This document shows, in pieces, positions 1 to 64,000 of a stretch of DNA of 64,000 bases. Position 1 is the stretch's first letter; each line of letters begins with the position of its first letter. Position numbers and translations under genes: made by a program. The stretch comes from Octopus vulgaris (taxonomy: Eukaryota): the NCBI GenBank assembly GCA_951406725.2, contig OX597822.1, positions 90,024,001 to 90,088,000 on the forward strand, in the 5' to 3' direction. The notes beneath the pieces were generated by a model. That model was not told where the DNA came from, searched no databases, and saw only the letters and a list, made by a program, of their open reading frames with translations.

Positions 1-768
1 AAGTCTTTGGTCTTAAACTCAACCACAAAACTATTATTTACATCATCAATGGCAATGCTATCAATTAGAAAAGAAAGAAAACCCCAATTACTTTTAGTTC
101 TGATACCCAGAAATAAGATGATTTAAATCAAAATATATTTTGAAAAAGCAAAGGAGTAAGATGGTAATTCTGAGACAATCTTGGATTGATTACAAAGAAA
201 TCAAAATCAAACTAAAACTTGACTGTTGAGAAGTCACCATCACAAAATGTGTGTATACTGAAAAATTAGATATATGTCATTACTATTAAGGCACTAATTT
301 AATGAAAAAGGATGGAAATGTTTTATTTGTGAAATCAGTTCAAAACAAAAATGAAATGTGCATGTATGACTGAGAGTGATTATAATTTACTGTAGGTTCA
401 CCATAATAATGATTTAAACAATACATGTTCCATTATAATTATTGTTGTTGTTGCTCTTATTATTATCATTAAAGATGTAAAGAATGAATGAGAAAAAAAA
501 AAACCCAAGTATTATCAAACAATACTTAACAAGTGTTCTTAACCCCCAAATTGCTTCAAACCATGTTTTTAAGATTTAATTAATATTAGTGTATTAATAA
601 TAATCTTCATAGAATGTTAGGAATATAACATTCAATTTGATCTCCACCAAGAAAATAACTTACACATTTCCTCCTTTGAATAACCCATAAAAAAAAAAAT
701 CCTGTGCTAGCTTAGGTTCTTTTTTTCTCTCTTTAAATAATAAATGTGTAATAATTTTGTTTCTCACT

Positions 769-56547
<55,779 letters not shown>

Positions 56548-56773
56548 CTAGAGAATGTACAGAAATCAATTATCAAAACAATGGAAAGAATAATATCAAA
56601 CTTTGAAAAGTAGAATATTAGTATTGCTTTAAAACTGGTTTTCTAACATAAAATGTCAGAAATGGAAACCCGAGTAAAAAAAAAATGTTAAAATGAGAGA
56701 TATAATTATTATCATATTACTTTTATAAAAATGTATTTTAAAAAATTCAAAACAATTTTCATTTAAAATTATT

Positions 56774-58400
56774 GGATCTTTTCAGTTTGGTTGCCACTTT
56801 TGAATTTCTTCAATTTTGTTCCAATCAATTTCAAATTTGGTGTAGTTTTATAAAACTTAGATAAAACTTAGATATGTTTCGACCAATGATTGGTCCAGGC
56901 CATGTCTAACTTAATAGCACCACCTGATAGGATTATTTGAATCCTGTTTAAGTCAAGTTTTGTTTATGGTCCATTCAAGTAGTGAGTTTTTGTTGGCTGA
57001 GTTGTATCCAATTATGGGTGGCTTATCTGGTATTCCTTGAAGGAATCTATCCAGACTCCGTTTAAAGTTGATGGGATCCTGTTCCTCTTTGATCTCTTTC
57101 AGGACAATGTTAAATAGGGCAGGGCCTGTTGAGGAAAAGAAATTATGTTGTAGTGTACATGTATGCTGTGATCTTGAATTGGGCAGGGGATGTATGGCCC
57201 GTGGTCCCAGTCTTGGATGAACCTTGAAGCTAATGTTCAGGTCATTTGGGCAAAGTTGGCGGTATATTCTCCACATCGTACAAATGATGTACCGCTCACG
57301 GCGACGCTGGAGAGAGTAGAGTTTCAAGGTTTTAAGGTGATCCCAATAATCGAGAGCAGCCATGCCTTCAATTCGTTTAGTGAGTGCTCTCTGGGGTGAT
57401 TCAATCCTCGAGATGTTTTGTCTTGTATGGGGAGACCACAGTGGGCAGCAGTATTCGAGGTGTGGCCGTACAAAGGAGGAGAAAAGTGGTATGATGACAC
57501 CTTGTTCTCTGGACCGGAAAGTTCTTAAGATCCAAGAACTCATCCTATGAGCTATATTGACCTTCTTGTTGATGTGTGCACTCCAACTAAGATCGTCATC
57601 AACAATTACACCCAGGTCTCTGATATTGTTAGAGGCTGTGAGCGGTTCCCCTGAAGGAAGAGAGTATGGCTGTTTTAGTGAGGAATTTCTTCCAAAATGC
57701 ATCAGCTCAAATTTTCCCTCGTTCAGTTGCATTTTGTTTCTGTCTGCCCATTGACTCAGAGCATATAGATCAGACTGGAGTTGAGTTCAGTCTGCTTCTT
57801 CATATATGCTCATTATTGATATGAAATTCATTTTCAACATAAATCAATAAATAAACAGTCGAGAGCTTTAAAAGCTTACAAATTTTGGGCAATTTTAACC
57901 TATCAATAGCCACAGACATATAGGTGCCTGTTTCCATAGTAACAAGCGAAGTGTTGGAAAAGCATTTACAAAAACCCACATGTTTACAAACTGATATTCT
58001 ACACTGTGTTTTCTTGCTTGTACCCAATTAAAACTACAAAATGTGTTATTTGCTCTCTTTTTTTGCATTAAATGTATATTTGTGTAAAACTACAAAATAT
58101 GTGTTGTTTACTCATTTTTTGCTCATTTATCATTTATTAAATGTTTAAAACATGTGCTACCACTGCAATGTTTGTCGTCTTACAATTGCATTCATACACA
58201 AAATGACAGCTTCCAAATCCCGTATTCTGACTGAGTAAAAATGATCAAACTTTAAAACTCTAACTTAAAAAAAAAAAAATTTCTGGAACAAGTGAATTAG
58301 GCCCTGAGATTCAGCATGAAAAATTACATTAATGTACCAAATTTGAAAATTTTCACTTAATTTTAAAATTTCAAAAAGTGCAGACAAACTGAAAAGATCC
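56774..58400. mobile_element. Non-autonomous DNA transposon with 8-bp TSD (Merlin-like termini), carrying a nested LINE
   Basis: TIRs GGATCTTTTCAGTTTG and CAAACTGAAAAGATCC; TSD AAATTATT at 56766-56773 and 58401-58408. The superfamily is inferred from the GG termini and TSD length. Confidence 0.8.
56852..57800 (-). mobile_element. CR1/L2-like LINE 3' fragment nested in the MITE
   Basis: ORF 56953-57732: RDLGVIVD..VRPHLEYCCPLWSP..LYSLQRRRERY..GPALFN..IPDKP; tail (TATCTAAGTTT)x2. Confidence 0.88.
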
Positions 58401-59371
58401 AAATTATTCAAAAAGCTCATAAAATATTAGTTTGCAACATACTAAAATTATTTATGAAATACTTTTCAACATTAAATTGTATACTAAAATAATGTACGTG
58501 TCATTAACCTAATATTTAGATGAACATTTAAAGTGGATATTCTGCTAGCCTTTTATAGATTGATAACTTTAGAAGTCATGAATAAATTAACTGTATGTTG
58601 AATATACCCATCATTTTCTAGACTTAATCACTAATTCAATGCTCATTTATAAACGGGATCCAAAGTAGTAGCTGTTTTGGTCAGAAAATCTGATTTTCAG
58701 TGATTTTCAATAGAAAATTCTGAGTATTCATTATTTACAACAACAGAAACTGTTAGCTTAAATATTCTTACTCTCTGTAATCTTACAGCTTCTTTCAATG
58801 CCTTAAAAAGAAAATAGATAAAAGCAAGTAAGTCTTTTGTTAAAAGCATCATAAGTTTCAATTAATATGGCAAAACTTTCAGCTTCCTTAGCAACTTCAA
58901 CATTTTTTTCTCTATTATATATATATGCACAGCCATGGCTGTGTGATAAGATGTTGGCTTCCCAACCACATGGTTCTGGGTTCAGTTCCACTGTGTGGTC
59001 CCTTAGAGAAGTGTCTTCTGCTATAGCCAGGCTAACCAAAGCATTGTGAGTGGATTTGCTGGAGAGAAACTGAAACAAGTCCATCATGTGTGTGTGTGAG
59101 AGTATTTATATAAGTGTATATATATATATATATATATATATAAATTTAAAAAAATAAATAAATAAATAAAATAATAATAATAAATATATATATAAATTTA
59201 AAATTTATAAGTTTAAATTATTTAAATAATTTTTAAATTTTTACTTTAATTTAAATATTTTAATTTGGAATTTTATATTTTTTATATTTTTTTTTATTAA
59301 TTTTATTTCTATGTATTGGCTTATGATTTTCACTGTTTGATTTGCCTAATAGTGGTTTTATCTCTAATTTA

Positions 59372-59405
<34 letters not shown>

Positions 59406-60272
59406 ATATATATGTATATATATATCTCATCATTTGAAGTCCATGTTCCATACTGGTATAGGTTGGATGGATTGACTGAGATCCAGTGTATCAAGGGCTC
59501 CAGAGACTGCTTTGGCATAGTTTCTATGACTGGATACCCTTTCTGATGCCAACCACTTTACCATGTGTACTGGATGCTTTTTTTTTTGTGCCACCAGCAC
59601 AATTGAGACCAACATATAGCTCACAAGTCAACAAACCCAGGGAGGAAGGATGTTGCCTCTCTATGTTAGATGGGGATCAAGGTATGGGGGAAGAGGTTGG
59701 AGTAGAGCAGGTTCTTGTTACAGAGGAGCTACATGGCTATTCACATTTAGGAGAGTGAGAATGAATTAGAGATATCTGCAAGATGAACATTGGTGATGAG
59801 GTGTCTAGGTGACACTTCAGGTAGCAAGAGCAGTAGTGTGTGGGGGAACGGGGGTTTGTAAGAGTGTGTAAGGGAAGATATAAGGGAAATGGAGGTAGGC
59901 AAAATCTGTGAGGTTTTAGGAGAGGGGTGTATAAATTGGGCAGGTGACAGGGATACTAGCAGTATGGTAGTAATGACACCACTGGAGAGATAAAGAGAAA
60001 TGATGTTTTGGGGTAGGTTACAGAAGTGGAGTTGTGAGGTAAAACAAGTGTAATGCAGAGGAAAGATAATTTGATAGCCCAGGAAGGGTTGACCACGGTA
60101 ACATATGGTTGTGGAGAACAATGCTAATGGATAAAGAATGGCCAACAAGGGAAATGGCTCTAGGTAGCAAGAGACAGAAAAGTGATATCATGATGGTGGT
60201 GATGGAGAGTGACAGTGGATGATATGATGGAGGGGGAAGGTGACATGAAAGGGGTATTGATTGATTGCAATG

Positions 60273-60329
<57 letters not shown>

Positions 60330-60330
<1 letters not shown>

Positions 60331-60900
60331 TGAGAAAGTTGGTGTGTGAAAGCACGTGGTTGGATGTATAAAAAATAGAAAAGAGTGAAAAAACTACAGA
60401 AGGCTTGTTTTATAAGGTTAAAGAATATATTTAAGTCGTTATTTTAGAAAAATGTTATAAAATTTTGTATATAGTAACATAGTTTTTGGAGAAATTACCG
60501 GTTTCGTGTAAACTTTTCAAATTTCTCAAATGTCTTTACCTACATTGTGTCATGTCTTCGTTATGAAGTGCAAAGAAGAGTTCTAGGCAGGGGGATGTAA
60601 TAAGGGATTTCTTCCGGTATAAGGGAGTTAATCGCTTTATATTTCTTTTCCCCTTTTTTAATGAGATTAGTTTCTCTGTATAAGAATGTTAGGATGGTTA
60701 AGTTCAGGCTTATATTTTTCAATGAAGAATGTTTCCTTGTTTAATCTAATTTGCTATTGGTGTTCCAATAGCACATTGATAGAATGGAAAGATTAAAAAT
60801 TGTGGTAGTAGTTGCTTTGCACATTTCTCAATATGTTCACGAAAGGGTATCATACTGTATTCTGGGAATGCAATCTGTTGTCGATGCAGAGTGCATCTGC
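60330..60900 (-). mobile_element. Penelope-like GIY-YIG C-terminus plus 3' terminal repeat
   Basis: RCTLHRQQIAFPEY..EHIEKCAK..IFPFYQ..FFIEKYKPELN (disrupted), followed by an AT-rich repeat with a hammerhead motif and (TA)n. Confidence 0.75.
60489..60527 (-). ncRNA. Minimal type-I hammerhead ribozyme motif, U3:A8 variant
   Basis: GAGAAAU UUGAAAA GU-uuac-AC GAAA CCG GUA AUUUCUC: perfect 7-bp stem I, palindromic ACCGGU stem III, GUA triplet. Confidence 0.68.
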
Positions 60901-61089
60901 GTCTAGCTTAAAAGGCACCCTATCAGCCATCTTTTAAACTAGCTCCTGTGGAGGGCTCTTCATTGGGCCTTGAGCACAACAATGATACTTCATGCATTGG
61001 AGTACATATTAAATTTTATTAAACTTGACCAATATTTTTCAAGCAATGAACAATTTTCATTAAAACAATGATATAATTTGTCAACTTGC

Positions 61090-61500
61090 AAAGTTGCATG
61101 ATAAACAATTTTTGTCTCCCTATTCAGGGGTCAGCACAATTTTCTTTCTGTCTAACCTCTCTCTTTCCCTCCCTCTCTTTCTGCTAATTGTTTTTAACAA
61201 TTACCATCACCAGTACCACCATCATCGCCACCACAACTGCCATACACACACCATTCAGACTTCTGATGCCACCACCATCAATACATTTGACTTCACTGCC
61301 TTCCCCTCCACCATCATCACCACTATTTTTTACATTGCTTACTATCACCATCATCCCTGACTGCCTCAGCTGCCACCACCATCATCGCTGTCACCTCCAC
61401 CACTATCACAACTACAGCTCATACTCTTACTATCACCCCATTACCATTACAACCGTTAGTTTACTACTGTCTCTATGCCTCCTATTACTCTTACCCCATC
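61090..61500. repeat. CAC/CAT low-complexity tract
   Basis: Direct inspection; similar tracts at 4920-5050, 9120-9220 and 19530-19670. Confidence 0.8.
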
Positions 61501-61599
61501 ATGAGGAATAATAGAAGTGTCACGGAATAGCGAGAGAGGGTGTCAAAGTGTGACACATTGACACTCAGAAATTCCTTTTGGCATTTATTATTATAGATA

Positions 61600-61650
<51 letters not shown>

Positions 61651-61928
61651 CCTTATATAGTATACAAGCATCTGATGCATTATGGCTACCTCAGGTTACA
61701 GGATTTCATGCTTATGGAAATTGTAAAGTATGATTATTAATTTTGGGATACAGTCTGTAATTTCACTCTTACATAAATTCATATTGCACACTTTTAAATT
61801 TTTAACAGATTAAAACTACATTTTCTTCTTACCTCAATTGCCACTCATGTTTTAGTTATGATCAGACCATATAGTTAATGATTTGAAAAACTATCATCAT
61901 GTTACACACACACACACGCACATGTATG

Positions 61929-62485
61929 TACAGGAGTTGGACAAAATAATGGAAGCATCATAGTATCATAATTTTGAAATATCTATAAAACTATCAAAAG
62001 CTTGTTTATTTTTATGTTTTTTTATTTATTATTAGTGTTGCTTAATATGTTTTGCTAAAATTGCTATTTCTTTTCAGATATTAGAAAAAGATAATTAAAA
62101 TTCACTAAAATGACAGATCTATCGGATTTTCAAAGAGGCAACATTGTTGGTGCTCATATGGCAGGTGCTAGCATAACAAAAGCAGCCAAAATGTTTGGTG
62201 TATCAAGAAGTACAGTCTCAAAAGTAATGACAGCCTTTGAGAAAGAGGGGAAAACTTCGTCGAAACAAAACTCTGGAAGAAAACCAAAACTTTCACATAA
62301 GGACCATTGGACTCTTATGTGAATTGTTAGAAAGGATCACAAAAGTACAGCTCCCAAAATTACTGCAGAGGTTAATGATCACTTTGAGAACACAGTTTTC
62401 AAAAAACTGAACATCTTATCTGGCCACCACAGTCCCCAGATCTCAATATTATTGAACATTTATGGAGCATTTTAGAAAAACAAAT
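61929..62485 (+). mobile_element. Internally deleted Tc1-like transposon
   Basis: TA|CAGGAGTTGGACAAAATAATGG terminus; MTDLSDFQRGNIVG..GVSRSTVSKV..GRKPKLS HTH region; WPPQSPDLNIIEHLW motif. Confidence 0.85.
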
Positions 62486-62488
62486 AAA

Positions 62489-62839
62489 GTTCCGGGTTCA
62501 GTCCCACTGCGTGGCACCTTGGGCAAGTGTCTTCTACTATAGCCTCGGGCCGACCAAAGCCTTGTGAGTGGATTTGGTAGACGGAAACTGAAAGAAGCCC
62601 GTTGTATATATGTATATATATATGTGTGCGTTTGTGTGTCTGTGTTTGTCCCCCTAGCATTGCTTGACAACCGATGCTGGTGTGTTTATGTCCCCGTCAC
62701 TTAGCGGTTCGGCAAAAGAGACTGATAAAATAAGTACTGGGCTTACAAAGAATAAGTCCCGGAGTCGAGTTGCTCGATTTAAGGCTGTGCTCCAGCATGG
62801 CCGCAGTCAAATGACTGAAACGAGTAAAAGAGTAAAAGA

Positions 62840-62841
<2 letters not shown>
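62489..62841 (+). mobile_element. SINE family B
   Basis: Near-identical to 18587-18912 and 33416-33826. Confidence 0.88.
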
Positions 62842-62884
<43 letters not shown>

Positions 62885-62886
<2 letters not shown>

Positions 62887-64000
62887 AACAATTATAGAAG
62901 CTACAAGAGAAAGTCTACCACAAACACGTTGGATGTTAGAACAAAAAAAATTGCAAAAAGAAACACATCAAAAAAGAAAAGAGATGTGGAAGACATGGGA
63001 AAGACTTATTAACATAAGAAAACAAAATTTCTGGAAGGCATATAAATGTGGAAAACACGCTGAAATTCATTCTAAATGGATTTCACTAGCTGCACCCATA
63101 CTTCCTCCTAAGTACCTAATTAAGGAAATTGTAGGAGAACTGGAGGAGGAAACAAAACTTCGATGAGAGCTCACTATGATAAAATTCAGGACCAACATCT
63201 TACTACAGTAAGAACTCTTCATTACTATTACAAGAACACCCTAATACACATAACATGCACAAAAATCACAAACAAAACAGATATTCCTTTGATCAAACCA
63301 TTAGGGGTAGAAAAAGGGGATCGTTCTCAAGATCTCAACAAAGATTACCTGTAAAGAATGGGGCAAAAACCGGTCTGGATCCAGAAGTAAACTAAGATTA
63401 GTTCCCCAGATTGTTAAAAATAGTACTAACAACAAAATGAAAAACCATATATGAAGCAAGACAGAAAACATGACAAAACCAAGTAAAATGCCACAACCAA
63501 AACACAAAGTTCATCAAAAATAATAGAAATCATAAACAGAAAAATCCATTTTTTAGTTTCAGGATAACAAACATCAGAAAAAGAAGAAAAAAACAAGAAG
63601 AAACATATCCAAAACAACTTAATGTATTGACTCTAAAATAATTAATTTATCTACAGGAGAGTTAGACAATGATGAAATCAAACTTTTGGGGAAAGGACTG
63701 AAATTCACACCTATACCAACAGTCAACCATCAAGAATTGGAGGAGGATATCCAAAAATTCTGTCAGAAATTACCTGCTGAATTCTTTGCTAACAAAAATA
63801 GTGAGATTGACAAAGGAAGAAATAACTATCTTGACCAATACATGGATATCCTGTCTAAATTTCCCCTCAGATGCAATACTAATGTTAGGCCAAATATTAA
63901 TGAATCAGAGATGTCTGCACTTAAATACCTACAAAACAATAACACAATAATCTTTAAACAAGAAATCAAGGGGGTGCAATTGTCATGATGGATGCCAAAA
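62885..64000 (+). mobile_element. Decayed Penelope-like element, N-terminal part (runs off the window)
   Basis: IINLSTGELDNDEIKLLGKGLKFTP..NINESEMSALKYLQNNNTIIFK and a degenerate (ADK)GGAIVMM, typical of the region before the PLE RT. Confidence 0.7.

Noticed and set aside
59750-60270. Purine-rich stretch with a 133-aa minus-strand ORF
   Set aside because: No recognisable motifs; probably a decayed retroelement fragment that cannot be classified.

Overview
AT-rich, microsatellite-rich animal genomic DNA. The SINE, RTE and MITE families look like those of Octopus (inference from repeat families, not a database match). The only host gene found is the 3' part of a polypeptide N-acetylgalactosaminyltransferase (GALNT family) on the minus strand: 8 GT-AG exons from 56547 down to a TGA stop at 769-771, with all phases checked by hand; the upstream exons lie beyond the window. 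The introns (one is 28 kb) are filled with mobile DNA: CR1-clade and RTE LINEs, tRNA-derived SINEs, Penelope-like elements (PLEs), mariner/Tc1, piggyBac, pogo-like, Merlin-like, Helitron/Helentron and CRE-type relics. Main observations: (1) a young CR1-clade LINE whose intact ORF2 has no AUG ahead of the endonuclease domain, but follows a canonical G_GGA_AAC -1 slippery site at the probable ORF1 stop and a perfect 15-bp hairpin, suggesting a programmed frameshift; (2) four different families of minimal type-I hammerhead ribozyme motifs (7 copies) in PLE relics, including U3:A8 and A9C core variants, five of them in the sense of the GALNT pre-mRNA; (3) an RTE 3'UTR amplified into a satellite-like array; (4) a 2.5-kb duplication with a mosaic junction that may be an assembly artefact.
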